Shown here: positions 20,625 through 30,599 of the stretch, piece after piece
How positions within the stretch are numbered: the stretch's first letter is position 1
Layout of the letters: the number at the start of each line of letters is the position of its first letter
Assembly: GCA_949284685.1 (NCBI GenBank)
Contig: CASDWE010000002.1
Span: 596,106 to 660,105, forward strand
Direction: 5' to 3'
From: an uncultured bacterium
Lineage (GTDB): Bacteria; Bacillota_I; Bacilli_A; RFN20; CAG-826
DNA: 64,000 nucleotides
Made by a program: the position numbers and the translations under genes
Notes under the pieces: model-generated
Databases searched by the model: none
What the model was told of the DNA's origin: nothing
What the model saw: the letters and a program-made list of their open reading frames with translations, nothing else

Positions 20625-21338
20625 TTAGGCAAATTTTTCAGCGGTTTCTATGGCAACTTCAATCATTTTAGCTAAACCAAGTTGTCTTTGTTCACTAGTC
20701 AATTTTTCTTTTTTTATAAAATGATCTGTTACAGTTAAAATACAAAGTGCTCTTTTTTTGTATCTCATAGCGGTGGTGTAAAGAGCGTATGATTCCATTT
20801 CAACGCCCATAACATTTAATTTGGCCCATTTTTTCCAAAGATTAGGATCTTCATCGTAAAATACATCTGCACTTAAAATTTGTCCTACATGCAATGGCAT
20901 ATTTTTCTTTTTTAATATTTCGTATGCTTGTAAAGTTAATTCAAAGTCGCTTGCTGCACTTAATTGCGGAACATCGTATTGTTTGTACCAATTTGAATCT
21001 GTAGAGGCACTAGAACATAATAAAACGTCAAATAAGTTGATATTGTCTTGATACGCTCCACAGGTACCAACTCGAATAATTGTTTCAACATTATAAGATG
21101 TATATAGTTCATGACAATAAATACCAATTGATGGTATACCCATACCAGAAGCCATAACTGATATTAATTTGTTATTTTTTGTATATCCAGTATATCCTAG
21201 TATTCCACGAACTGAATTTACTTGCTTATAGTCGTGTAAAAATGTTTCCACTATCCACTTAGCGCGAAGAGGATCTCCTGGCATTAGGACTACTTTTGCA
21301 AAATCATTTTCTAAAGCATTAATATGAGGTGTTGGCAT
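20625..21338 (-). CDS. deoD: Purine nucleoside phosphorylase, DeoD type
   Basis: MPTPHINA...VVLMPGDPLRAKWIVETFL...GMGIPSIGIYCHEL...GTCGA matches DeoD closely. An AAGGAG RBS lies 8 nt upstream of the ATG at 21338. The track's 21386 start is upstream of that RBS. Confidence 0.8.
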   Translation of the reverse strand: MPTPHINALENDFAKVVLMPGDPLRAKWIVETFLHDYKQVNSVRGILGYTGYTKNNKLISVMASGMGIPSIGIYCHELYTSYNVETIIRVGTCGAYQDNINLFDVLLCSSASTDSNWYKQYDVPQLSAASDFELTLQAYEILKKKNMPLHVGQILSADVFYDEDPNLWKKWAKLNVMGVEMESYALYTTAMRYKKRALCILTVTDHFIKKEKLTSEQRQLGLAKMIEVAIETAEKFA

Positions 21339-21402
21339 AATATGATCTCCTTTATTTGTAATTAAATTATACTTTATTTTCTTCAATATATCATCATATT
21401 AT

Positions 21403-21798
21403 TTGTATAATAATCACATGGAAAAAGCATTTAAATTAACATTAATAGATTATCGACTCCTGCAAATTATATTACAACTCAACGATGTGAATTTGACCTC
21501 TAATAGATATGGAGTATATTGCATCGCAAAAGGCATAATAAATAATGAAACTGAAATGTTAAAAAATAATTCTTATTTTGGTACCATAAAAAGTTCTTCT
21601 CAAAAACAAATTTCGCTTCGTTTAATTAAATTACATAAAGCAAAACTTATTGAAAATTTATACATAGAAAAATATAACGATACGTTTTTAAAAATTACAA
21701 ATTTAGGTGAAGAAAGGGTAGAGAATTATTTTTCAAAACATAAAAATACAGTTGCAAAACCTAAACAAAACAAACAAAATATTGTTTTTTTAAAATAA
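21403..21798 (+). CDS. Hypothetical protein, possibly a winged-helix DNA-binding protein
   Basis: The 131-aa ORF is divergent from deoD. It has no firm motif. Confidence 0.3.
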   Translation: MYNNHMEKAFKLTLIDYRLLQIILQLNDVNLTSNRYGVYCIAKGIINNETEMLKNNSYFGTIKSSSQKQISLRLIKLHKAKLIENLYIEKYNDTFLKITNLGEERVENYFSKHKNTVAKPKQNKQNIVFLK

Positions 21799-21915
21799 TT
21801 TTTTTCAAAATCTTTGCAAAACTTGATTATTATTTTTTAAAACACCAATTTTGTTCATTTTTTATACAAATTTGCATTGTTTTTTGTTACTATAATTTAG
21901 GGAGAAATTCTTTTT

Positions 21916-22725
21916 ATGAATTTTATTTGGGACACAATAAACGAGCCTTATGGTGCTGATTTAGGTAACATTATTTTAGATATCATTATCATTACTTTGA
22001 TATATGGTCTTTTGTTTTTTATTTTTGTGAAAGCTATTAAAAGAAAATCGGGTTATATACTTTTAGGTATTTCTTTTGGCTTAACGATTTTGTCTTATAT
22101 TTTCTCTTTACAATTGGCACTTATTGTCGTTTCAGCTATAACTTCTTGTTTGGTTGCAGTTATGCTTTTTGCTAATATTGGCGACTTACGTTATTACATT
22201 GCTAATCCTTTTAAAAGAGCCAATCCAAAATCGAATAAAAATCATGTTGAAAAAATATTTGATAGACACGCTACTTATCAAATTATTGATAGTACTGTAA
22301 AAGCTTTATCAAAAGCTAAAATTGGTGCTTTAATGACTTTTGAAAGACAAACACTACTTGACGATTTTTGCAAAAATGGCGTTAAAATTGACGCTCCAAT
22401 TAGTCAAGAATTATTAATGACTATTTTTTATCCTGGCACTAGACTTCATGATGGGGCAGTTATTATTCATGGTGATATGATTAAGTCTGCTGCGGTATTT
22501 TTTACTCCATCAACAAAAGCGTTTACCAATAAATATGGTTCAAGACATCGTGCTGCTATTGGAATTAGCGAAGTAAGTGACTCGGTGACTATTGTTGTAA
22601 GTGAAGAAACTGGTCGTATTTCTTTTGCTGTCAATGGACAAATAGAATCAGTCACTAGTGAAAACTTTTTAAGAGTATTTGAAAATTATATGATTGATTA
22701 TGAAAACTCCACAGAAGAAGAATAA
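21916..22725 (+). CDS. cdaA: Diadenylate cyclase CdaA (DisA_N domain, c-di-AMP synthase)
   Basis: Three N-terminal TM helices are followed by the DAC-domain motifs DGAVIIHGDMIKSAAVFFTP...SRHRAAIGISEVSDSVTIVVSEETG. There is a GGGAG RBS. Confidence 0.8.
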   Translation: MNFIWDTINEPYGADLGNIILDIIIITLIYGLLFFIFVKAIKRKSGYILLGISFGLTILSYIFSLQLALIVVSAITSCLVAVMLFANIGDLRYYIANPFKRANPKSNKNHVEKIFDRHATYQIIDSTVKALSKAKIGALMTFERQTLLDDFCKNGVKIDAPISQELLMTIFYPGTRLHDGAVIIHGDMIKSAAVFFTPSTKAFTNKYGSRHRAAIGISEVSDSVTIVVSEETGRISFAVNGQIESVTSENFLRVFENYMIDYENSTEEE

Positions 22726-24049
22726 ATATTTTGGCACTGATGGAATTAGATTAAATGCCTATATGTTTGATAGGCATTTTTGTTTTTCAATAGGAAAATT
22801 TCTTGGCAATTATAATAATAAAAAAAACAAAATTTTGATTGCTCGTGATACTAGAGAAAGCGGAGAGCAGATTCTAAATGATATTTCTGATGGACTTTAT
22901 TCTAGCGGGGCAGAAATTTATAATTTAGATATTTCAACTACTCCTTCGATGTCTTATTTATTACAAGAAGAAAAAAAATTTGATTTTGGAATAATGATTA
23001 GTGCATCACATAATTCATATACAGATAATGGAATAAAAATTTTCTCAAAAGATGGAAGAAAAATCAGTGACGACTTGGAATTTGCGATTGAAGAATATAT
23101 TAATAATAATAAAAATAATTCTTCGATTAATTATTATGATAAGAAATACATTTATTCATCAAAAAAATTATTAAAAGATTATATTATCTTCCTTTCAGAA
23201 AAATATAAGTTTAATAATTCCTATAACATTCTTATCGATTGTGCTCATGGAAGCACATCCTTATTTGCTAAAACATTGTTTAAGGAACACTTACATCAAA
23301 ATGTTAAAATAATTAATGCCGATTACAATGGAAAAGATATTAATAAAGACTGTGGATCAACACATATAGATTGCTTAATCAATCATATTAAAGAAGGAAA
23401 TTATGATGTCGGTTTTAGTTTTGATGGTGATGGAGATAGATTAATTTGTGTAACAAAAAAAGGTATTGTTTGTGATGGTGATTTTCAACTATATTTGAAC
23501 GCTAAATATTTAAAAGATTGCAATAGATTAAGTAATAATCAAATTGTTCTTACTAGCATGTCAAATAATGGTTTGAAGTATGATTTAGATAATATTAATG
23601 TTTCTTATGTAACTGTTGATGTAGGTGATAAATATGTTGAAAAGGCTCTCGCTGATTTTAATTTAAATCTTGGTGGAGAGCAAAGCGGACATATTATTCA
23701 TTATGATGATTTGTGTACTGGCGATGGACTTTTAAGCGCTATTTACATGCTAAATATAATTTCTTATTATAACGCTAGTTTAGATGATTTAATTGAGGAT
23801 TTGCACATTTTTCCACAGATTTTGCACAATATTAAGGTAAATAACAAACGCGAAAACTATAAAAAAATTATTTCTGATACCCGTATAAAAAAAATATTAA
23901 AAGAAATTAAATATAATGAGAAATTGCTCATTAGAGAAAGCGGCACCGAACCTTTAATTAGGATAACAGTTTCCTCTATTGATTCTAAACGTTGTCATGA
24001 AATATTAAATAAGGCTATAACAATTATTAATGAAATAATTCAATCGTAA
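22694..24049 (+). CDS. glmM: Phosphoglucosamine mutase
   Basis: FGTDGIR, the phosphoserine loop SASHNSYTDNGIK and GDGDR are present. It overlaps the 3' end of cdaA, keeping the conserved cdaA-glmM synteny without an intervening cdaR. Confidence 0.8.
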   Translation: MIMKTPQKKNKYFGTDGIRLNAYMFDRHFCFSIGKFLGNYNNKKNKILIARDTRESGEQILNDISDGLYSSGAEIYNLDISTTPSMSYLLQEEKKFDFGIMISASHNSYTDNGIKIFSKDGRKISDDLEFAIEEYINNNKNNSSINYYDKKYIYSSKKLLKDYIIFLSEKYKFNNSYNILIDCAHGSTSLFAKTLFKEHLHQNVKIINADYNGKDINKDCGSTHIDCLINHIKEGNYDVGFSFDGDGDRLICVTKKGIVCDGDFQLYLNAKYLKDCNRLSNNQIVLTSMSNNGLKYDLDNINVSYVTVDVGDKYVEKALADFNLNLGGEQSGHIIHYDDLCTGDGLLSAIYMLNIISYYNASLDDLIEDLHIFPQILHNIKVNNKRENYKKIISDTRIKKILKEIKYNEKLLIRESGTEPLIRITVSSIDSKRCHEILNKAITIINEIIQS

Positions 24050-24474
24050 ATTTCCTTAACTTGTCTAATGTCCCTTAATTCTACTCCAATTTTTTGCAAA
24101 TTAATTTTAAGGTAATCAAAATTTATATCATCTTTTAAAAGTGTTATTTCATTTATAAATCCATCAACAGTTTTTTTAGAATAATAAAACATTTTAGGAT
24201 CATTTATGTCGTATGTTATTTCAGCTTTTTTTCCATTATTTAAGCGAAAAGTTTTTTTGTTATTTTTTAAATGATAATAGGCAACTCTACGATAAACAAA
24301 CGGCCAGAAAAAGTACCATCCTTCATAATAGCAATTATAAAATTCTTGCATTTTTTCGATAATGATTACTGAATTTTTTTTGACACGATAAATACATGCG
24401 ATGAAAAATATGATAATCCCAATTACAAAGGCACAAATAACAGATATCAAAATGACAATATCTTCTTTACTCAT
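24040..24474 (-). CDS. Hypothetical membrane-anchored protein
   Basis: The 144-aa ORF has one N-terminal TM helix. It is convergent with glmM. Confidence 0.35.
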   Translation of the reverse strand: MSKEDIVILISVICAFVIGIIIFFIACIYRVKKNSVIIIEKMQEFYNCYYEGWYFFWPFVYRRVAYYHLKNNKKTFRLNNGKKAEITYDINDPKMFYYSKKTVDGFINEITLLKDDINFDYLKINLQKIGVELRDIRQVKEIYD

Positions 24475-24570
24475 ATGAAGATATTATAATAATTTTTTTA
24501 AAAATTGCGTATCTTTTATAATTAAAATCTTTTATTATCATTTTCTCACTATTATATTTATAATAAATAT

Positions 24571-25179
24571 ATGGATTCAAAAGAAATTTATGATTTTTTA
24601 ATCAAAGTTCAATCAATTGCAAAAATTGGTTTAGTTTACAGCAAAGACCCATATGCAATTTCAAACTATCAGGAAATTAATAATTTAACTTTAAGGTTTT
24701 TAGAAGATTTTGAAAATATAAAGCTTAATCGTAACAATTATTTTAAAAGAGACGTTTATCCCACTCCAAACATTTCTGTTAGGACCATCATTTTAAATAA
24801 TGATAAAACAAAGGTTTTAATGGTTAGAGAAAAAAAAGATGAATCATTTTCATTGCCAGGTGGGTGGTGTGATCTATACGATTCACCTAGTGAAGCAGCA
24901 AAAAAAGAATGTCTTCAAGAAGCTGGTGCAAACGTAGAAATTATTCGTCTTGTCGGCATATTAAATCGAACGCCATTTAAACAAAAAACAAGCGTCCCTG
25001 AATATGTAATTGTATTTTTAGCTAAATTGAATGGTGAATTAGTGGAACATGAATATGAAACTGATGGAATATTTTTCTTTGATATTGACAATTTGCCGAC
25101 ATATTGTGATAAAGTATCTCTACCTGAAATTAAAAAAATGTTGCATGCCGCAATAAATAACGAAACGATTTTTGATTAA
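24571..25179 (+). CDS. NUDIX hydrolase
   Basis: The Nudix box GGWCDLYDSPSEAAKKECLQEAGANVE is present. Confidence 0.7.
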   Translation: MDSKEIYDFLIKVQSIAKIGLVYSKDPYAISNYQEINNLTLRFLEDFENIKLNRNNYFKRDVYPTPNISVRTIILNNDKTKVLMVREKKDESFSLPGGWCDLYDSPSEAAKKECLQEAGANVEIIRLVGILNRTPFKQKTSVPEYVIVFLAKLNGELVEHEYETDGIFFFDIDNLPTYCDKVSLPEIKKMLHAAINNETIFD

Positions 25180-25194
25180 ACGAAAGGAAACATT

Positions 25195-25851
25195 ATGCCT
25201 ATTACACTTGTTGATTTAGATCCTATCCAAATTACGTTTATTATAGTTGTTCCAATTATTGTTATTTTTATTGTATTCATTTTGTTATATAAACCGATAA
25301 TGCGCAAAATATATCGAAAAAAATTTAAAGATTTATATGGCAAAAAAATTTATAAAATTGCTCTATACGAAGATTTTTATTTAATAAATGATTTTATATT
25401 TAGTTATGAAGATACTAAAAACGCTAAAATTGATCATGTTTTATTTGGCGATAAGTTTATTTATCTAATAAATGATTATTATTACAATGGTTCGCTTGTT
25501 GGAAATGTTGATAATCAATCGTTAATTCTTGTTTCTCCAAACAATACTAAATCATACGCTGACAATCCTTTAAATGATAGCAAACTCATATTGAAAAGAT
25601 TATCTTTAATAACCAATATTGATTCTTCTCTTATGATAGGAATATCTTTAGTCAATGATGAATGTGCTATTGATATTGAGCAAACTAGCAAACAATTTTA
25701 TTTAATACAAGCTAGCAATCTTTCAAAACTAATAAAAGCCATCGAGTCTAGACCAATTCAACAAATAAATGCTGATCAATTACAAATTGTTGTTAAAGAA
25801 TTAGATAAATTTAATCGAAGAGGTAAACGTCGTGCTAAAAAATCTTCTTAA
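25195..25851 (+). CDS. Membrane-anchored NERD-domain (nuclease-related) protein, tentative
   Basis: An N-terminal TM helix is followed by IDHVLFGDKFIYLINDYYYNGSLVG, which resembles the NERD core. There is an AAAGGA RBS. Confidence 0.4.
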   Translation: MPITLVDLDPIQITFIIVVPIIVIFIVFILLYKPIMRKIYRKKFKDLYGKKIYKIALYEDFYLINDFIFSYEDTKNAKIDHVLFGDKFIYLINDYYYNGSLVGNVDNQSLILVSPNNTKSYADNPLNDSKLILKRLSLITNIDSSLMIGISLVNDECAIDIEQTSKQFYLIQASNLSKLIKAIESRPIQQINADQLQIVVKELDKFNRRGKRRAKKSS

Positions 25852-26854
25852 GGTATCTTTTTTAAATTTTAAAAAGAATATACTTTATTTTATATTTTTA
25901 TCATTAATTTTAGTTTTGTGTGGAGCAGTAACTTTTTCACTTGATTTGATTGGTTTTGGAATCGGAACACTAATCGTTTTTCCGTTTTTATTTATGCCGG
26001 TAGTGTTTGCGATTCAAGTAGCTATTTTTGGTTTCCGTCAAGATGCAAATCCCAATTGGCGTTTATTTTTTAGATTTTTTTCATCATATTTTAAATCAAC
26101 ATTTCGAGGTTGCTATCGTTTTATATTGTCTGCAGCTTTCGGAATAATATTGTTTAGTATTTTTTCTACTATTTTTTCATTTATATCTGAATCAATTTGC
26201 TTAAGTATTTTTCCAAATTTTTCACAACAATTAGAGGAAGTGATGAATAGTATATATAATGGAAACGTTGAAGATGTAATGTCTTTGATAAATAATGATG
26301 AAATACGCACCTGTTTTTATATTGCTTATTTACCTAGTATTGGAATAGGTGCTATTGGAGCTTTTGTTAGCATGTCATTTAATTCATTTTATATTTATTT
26401 TAGAATACAAAATTCAAGATTTGCTCCTCAATATAGCAAGGTGGTATATAGAGTTGCCAAAAATAAAATAAGAAAAAATCTTATTAAAGAATATTGGTCT
26501 TTAAATTGGCCTTTATATCTCTTATTTGTAGCTGGTTTTGTTGGTGGAACATGCTGCAGTTTTTATCTAGATTATAATTTTTATTATGCAATTAGTTTTG
26601 CTATTATTTTCGCTATTGTAGCGATGATATTTTATTTACCAATGTATTTTTCTAATATGGAAACTATATATTTATCGCACCAAGAAACATTTTTAAGTGC
26701 TCCTAATATTGCTAGGGAAATGATGATGAACAATTTACAGAATCAAATTAATATTATGAATCAGAATTTGCATGATTTAGAAAAGCAAAAAGATGAATTT
26801 AATTCCAAAGAAAAAAACGAAAATGGAAATGATGTAGATAATAAAGACTCATAA
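25832..26854 (+). CDS. Polytopic membrane protein with an acidic coiled-coil tail, hypothetical
   Basis: The 340-aa ORF has multiple TM helices. It overlaps the previous gene by 20 nt. Confidence 0.35.
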   Translation: MLKNLLKVSFLNFKKNILYFIFLSLILVLCGAVTFSLDLIGFGIGTLIVFPFLFMPVVFAIQVAIFGFRQDANPNWRLFFRFFSSYFKSTFRGCYRFILSAAFGIILFSIFSTIFSFISESICLSIFPNFSQQLEEVMNSIYNGNVEDVMSLINNDEIRTCFYIAYLPSIGIGAIGAFVSMSFNSFYIYFRIQNSRFAPQYSKVVYRVAKNKIRKNLIKEYWSLNWPLYLLFVAGFVGGTCCSFYLDYNFYYAISFAIIFAIVAMIFYLPMYFSNMETIYLSHQETFLSAPNIAREMMMNNLQNQINIMNQNLHDLEKQKDEFNSKEKNENGNDVDNKDS

Positions 26855-26913
26855 TACTATTTTCTATTATTTTTCTAAAATAATATGCTAAAATATATTG
26901 GCTTTCGGTTTAA

Positions 26914-26938
26914 AATAAAAAACCTAGGTCTACCTAGG
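26914..26938 (-). terminator. Rho-independent terminator for the minus-strand tRNA-Gly
   Basis: The palindrome cctagg-tcta-cctagg is followed, on the minus strand, by TTTTTTATTTT. Confidence 0.5.
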
Positions 26939-26949
26939 ATGTCGTCATC

Positions 26950-27023
26950 TGGAGCAGGTGACGAGAATCGAACTCGCATAACTACCTTGGCAAGGTAGTG
27001 TTCTACCACTGAACTACACCTGC
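26950..27023 (-). tRNA. tRNA-Gly, anticodon GCC
   Basis: The reverse complement reads gcaggtgtagttcagtggtagaacactaccttGCCaaggtag...ttcgattctcgtcacctgctcca. The acceptor stem gcaggtg/cacctgc pairs perfectly. Confidence 0.75.
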
Positions 27024-27092
27024 ATTACAGCGTGTATTATTATAATCAAAGTAAATTTAACTTTCAATAATTATTTTAAGGAGTTTAAAAAA

Positions 27093-28751
27093 ATGATTAC
27101 ATCAAAACAATTAGCGGATCTTATTTTTCCTGAAGTAACTAAAACAATTGATGATTTAGAAAAACTTTTTCCAAGTAGAAATCTTCCACAAGATGCGGAA
27201 GTAACGCGTTTTGCACCTTCTCCTACTGGGTTTTTGCATACTGGAAGTTTATTTACTTCAATGATTTGTCAAAAATTAGCAAAACAAACAAATGGTGTTT
27301 TTTATATTCGTTTAGAAGATACAGATACTAAAAGGGAAATTCAAGGGTCTGGAGAAAAATTGTTAGAAGAAATGAAACAATTTAATATCGTTCCAAATGA
27401 AGGCTATTTTGGTTCACATCAAAAGGGAGATTATGGTCCATATATTCAAAGCCAACGTTCTGAAATTTATAAAATCTGTATTAAATACCTTTTACAGCAA
27501 GGATTAGCGTATCCATGTTTTTGTTCAAGCAAAGATATTGAAGAATTAAGAACTGTTCAAGAAGCAAATAAAATATTGCCGGGATATTATGGACCATATG
27601 CAAAATGTCGAAGTCTTTCTCTTGATGAAGCTTATGGAAAAATTAAAAATAATGAACCATTTGTAATTAGATTTAAGTCAAGTGGAAATCATAATAATAA
27701 AATTAAAGTCGATGATTTAATTCATGGAACTTTTTCAATCGCAGAAAACGATCAAGATATTGTCATTTATAAATCAGATGGCCTTCCCACATATCATTTT
27801 GCTCATGTTTGTGATGATCATTTTATGCATACAACGACAGTAATACGTGGGGAAGAATGGATTTCATCACTACCAATTCATTTGCAATTATTTAAAGCAA
27901 TGAATTGGCAACCCCCAAAATACGCTCACGTGCCAGTAATCATGAAAGTTGATGAAAATGGTAACAAACGTAAATTATCAAAAAGAAAAGACGCTGAAGC
28001 AGCAGTTAGTTATTTTTTAGATGATGGTTATCCAAGCGAAGCACTTATCATGTATTTGATGACAATCGCTAATTCTAATTTTGAAGAATGGATTTTTGAA
28101 CACGATTTTAAAAATATGGAAGAATTTGAATTTTCATTTAGTAAAATGTCATTAGATGGTGCCTTGTTTGATATAAATAAATTACAGTTCTTCGCTCGCG
28201 AAATTTTGGCTAGAAAAACAAAACACGAAATGTTATTAATGGCTTTAGATTTTGCCAATAAACACGATCAAAATCTTTTATATCACATTAATTTAAATCA
28301 TGAATATTTTGAAGAAATAATGAATATAGAAAGAGAAGTAGAAAAACCAAGAAAAGATTATTATAAATTTGGTAACATGTTAGATTATATTGGATTTTTC
28401 TACCATGATTTATATGATGTTAATATTGATATTAATTTGTTTAATCAAAATATTGATAAAACGATTATTAAAAATGTTTTGTTGGATTTAAAAAAACTAG
28501 ATTTTAGCAAACCTCAAAATGAATGGTTTGAACAAATGAAAGAAATTGCCTCAAAACATAATTTCGCTTCCTCAAATAAAGAATATAAGCAAAACAAAGA
28601 TATGTATGTAGGGCAAGTAGGCGATGTTGCAGAAATGTTAAGAATAACTTTGTGCAATCGAAAAAACGCTCCTAATTTATATTGCGTGATGGTAGTTTTG
28701 GGCAAAAACGAAGTTATGCGTCGTATTGATAAAATCGTGACTTTGTTGTAA
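27093..28751 (+). CDS. gltX: Glutamate--tRNA ligase
   Basis: The class I HIGH motif reads RFAPSPTGFLHTGSL, and KLSKR is the KMSKS motif. There is an AAGGAG RBS. Confidence 0.85.
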   Translation: MITSKQLADLIFPEVTKTIDDLEKLFPSRNLPQDAEVTRFAPSPTGFLHTGSLFTSMICQKLAKQTNGVFYIRLEDTDTKREIQGSGEKLLEEMKQFNIVPNEGYFGSHQKGDYGPYIQSQRSEIYKICIKYLLQQGLAYPCFCSSKDIEELRTVQEANKILPGYYGPYAKCRSLSLDEAYGKIKNNEPFVIRFKSSGNHNNKIKVDDLIHGTFSIAENDQDIVIYKSDGLPTYHFAHVCDDHFMHTTTVIRGEEWISSLPIHLQLFKAMNWQPPKYAHVPVIMKVDENGNKRKLSKRKDAEAAVSYFLDDGYPSEALIMYLMTIANSNFEEWIFEHDFKNMEEFEFSFSKMSLDGALFDINKLQFFAREILARKTKHEMLLMALDFANKHDQNLLYHINLNHEYFEEIMNIEREVEKPRKDYYKFGNMLDYIGFFYHDLYDVNIDINLFNQNIDKTIIKNVLLDLKKLDFSKPQNEWFEQMKEIASKHNFASSNKEYKQNKDMYVGQVGDVAEMLRITLCNRKNAPNLYCVMVVLGKNEVMRRIDKIVTLL

Positions 28752-28774
28752 TATCATAAAGACAACAAGTCAAT

Positions 28775-28849
28775 GGCCCCATGGTCAAGAGGTTAAGACG
28801 AGACCCTCTCAAGGTCTAATCCCGAGTTCGATTCTCGGTGGGGTCGCCA
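28775..28849 (+). tRNA. tRNA-Glu, anticodon CUC as read by eye
   Basis: The acceptor stem ggcccca/tggggtc has one G-U pair. The Glu-type D-arm tggtcaagaggttaagac is present. The anticodon arm is agacc-ctCTCaa-ggtct and the T-arm is ccgag-ttcgatt-ctcgg, with an encoded CCA. Confidence 0.65.
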
Positions 28850-29120
28850 TCATTTGAATATTGTAAAAATTATTTTAGACAGTTATAGATTAAAAGAAAT
28901 GGCTGATTATATAAATAGAAAAAAGATATTTAATTTTTTAGCAGGAGAATTTTCGAAAGTTAAAGATGGGGAAAATTAAAAAAATATTAACATTTTAAAT
29001 TGATATTTCCCAAGCTCAAGAATGTTCATATTAATCTTAATTATTTTTAAAATGGTGTGGAAGTCATAGGTTAAAATGCAGCTGGTATATTTAATTTTGA
29101 TGAACTTTACTCATAATTAT

Positions 29121-29176
29121 TAGTTTTTCTCTCATTTTGTGTTATAATTTATGGGAAAGAGGTTGAATATGAGAGA
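29121..29176. repeat. Inverted-repeat module ttctctcat-N32-atgagagaa spanning the Fic promoter and start codon
   Basis: The left arm tagtttttctctcatttt (29121-29138) and right arm atatgagagaa (29166-29176) enclose an extended -10 (TGtTATAAT, 29140-29148). A second copy flanks the 3' end of the gene. Confidence 0.45.
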
Positions 29177-30218
29177 ATTTGATTATAGTAAACTAAAATA
29201 TAAATCTTGGAATAATGAAATACTTCTTAAGGTAGCAAATATTCATGAAGCAAAGGGAAAACAAGAGCTATATTTGGCTCAAAAACCTGATGATTTGAAT
29301 AGATTAGTTGAAATTGCTAAAATACAAAGTACTGAAGCAAGTAATGCAATAGAAGGAATTAGAACAACTGATTCAAGATTAAAACAACTTATAAACGAAA
29401 AGACTACTCCAAAAAATAGAAACGAAAAAGAAATAGCAGGATATAGAGATGCATTATCAACTATTCACGATAGTTTTGAATATATTCCATTAACGCCTAA
29501 TTATATTTTACAATTACATTCTATTTTATGTTCTCATAATGATGAAGTTAATGATGGTGGGAAATTTAAAAATGTCCAAAATTATATAAGTACAACTGAT
29601 GAAAAAGGTAATAGTTATACTTTATTTACCCCGCTTTCACCATTTGAAACTCCTTTCGCAATTAAAAATTTATGTGATGAATATAATAAGGCGGCAGAAA
29701 AAAAAGAAGTTGATCCACTTATTTTAATCCCCATTTTTATTCATGATTTTTTATGTATACATCCATTTAATGATGGTAATGGAAGAATGTCTAGGTTACT
29801 TACAACTTTACTTTTATATAAATCTGGATATTATGTTGGAAAATATATTTCTTTAGAAGCAAAAATATCAAAGATAAAAGATTTATATTATGATGCCTTG
29901 TTCGATTCTCAACATGGATGGCACGAAGGAAATGATAATCCAACCCCATTTGTTAAATATTTACTAAGCATTATTGAGATGGCCTATGATGATTTTGAAC
30001 AACGAGTAAAACTAATATCTAAAAAGCTGTCTGCATATGAACTGGTTGATAATGCAATTAAGCAAAAACTTGGCAAAATTACAAAATCTAATATTGCGGA
30101 ATTATGCCCAAGTTTATCTATTAGCGCTATTGAAAAAGCAATGGCTAAAATGGTAGAGGAAGGAAAACTTGAAAAACAAGGTTCTGGTAAAACAACATAT
30201 TACATAGTGAAATTATAG
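29169..30218 (+). CDS. Fic/Doc-family protein (AMPylation/adenylyltransferase fold)
   Basis: The canonical Fic motif HPFNDGNGRMSRLL is present. A GAAAGAGG RBS lies 6 nt upstream of the ATG at 29169. The track's 29151 start is in the same frame. Confidence 0.8.
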   Translation: MREFDYSKLKYKSWNNEILLKVANIHEAKGKQELYLAQKPDDLNRLVEIAKIQSTEASNAIEGIRTTDSRLKQLINEKTTPKNRNEKEIAGYRDALSTIHDSFEYIPLTPNYILQLHSILCSHNDEVNDGGKFKNVQNYISTTDEKGNSYTLFTPLSPFETPFAIKNLCDEYNKAAEKKEVDPLILIPIFIHDFLCIHPFNDGNGRMSRLLTTLLLYKSGYYVGKYISLEAKISKIKDLYYDALFDSQHGWHEGNDNPTPFVKYLLSIIEMAYDDFEQRVKLISKKLSAYELVDNAIKQKLGKITKSNIAELCPSLSISAIEKAMAKMVEEGKLEKQGSGKTTYYIVKL

Positions 30219-30270
30219 TTTCTCTCATTTGACATAATATTTTACGAGAAATTTTTTAAAAATGAGAGAA
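30218..30270. repeat. Second copy of the inverted-repeat module (ttctctcattt-N26-aaatgagagaa), immediately after the Fic stop codon
   Basis: tagtttctctcattt (30218-30232) and aaatgagagaa (30259-30269) repeat the motif seen at 29121-29176. Confidence 0.45.
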
Positions 30271-30563
30271 CCACCTCATAAAAGTACGATATGTCTGATA
30301 TAAACTTAGAAAATTTCTAGGTGTATCCAGACTTTTTTAATTTATATCCCCATCAAAACAGCTTTGAGATCTCCATATGGTGAGAAGGGTACGGGGTGAG
30401 CCACAAGGCCAAGATTGGCGGGCAAAGAAGAATACTATGGGAAATATCGATAAAACCTCAACTTTATATAGGGGTTGCAAAGTTGGCAAGGGGGTTGCGC
30501 TTTATAACTAGGGGTCGCAACCGCATTAAAATAGGTATTCTTGTCCATACGATATAAAAATAT

Positions 30564-30599
30564 AAACTTGAACAGAAAATAACTAGTTCAAGTTTTTTA
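30564..30599 (+). terminator. Rho-independent terminator, possibly bidirectional
   Basis: acttgaac-agaaaataacta-gttcaagt has an 8-bp perfect stem and is followed by TTTTTT. It is preceded by an A-run. Confidence 0.55.

Noticed and set aside
30300-30470. A ~46-codon ORF (MVRRVRGEPQGQDWRAKKNTMGNIDK...) in the GC-rich relic
   Set aside because: It has no RBS, is too short, and is Arg-rich in a way that merely reflects the GC-rich composition. The segment is treated as non-coding.
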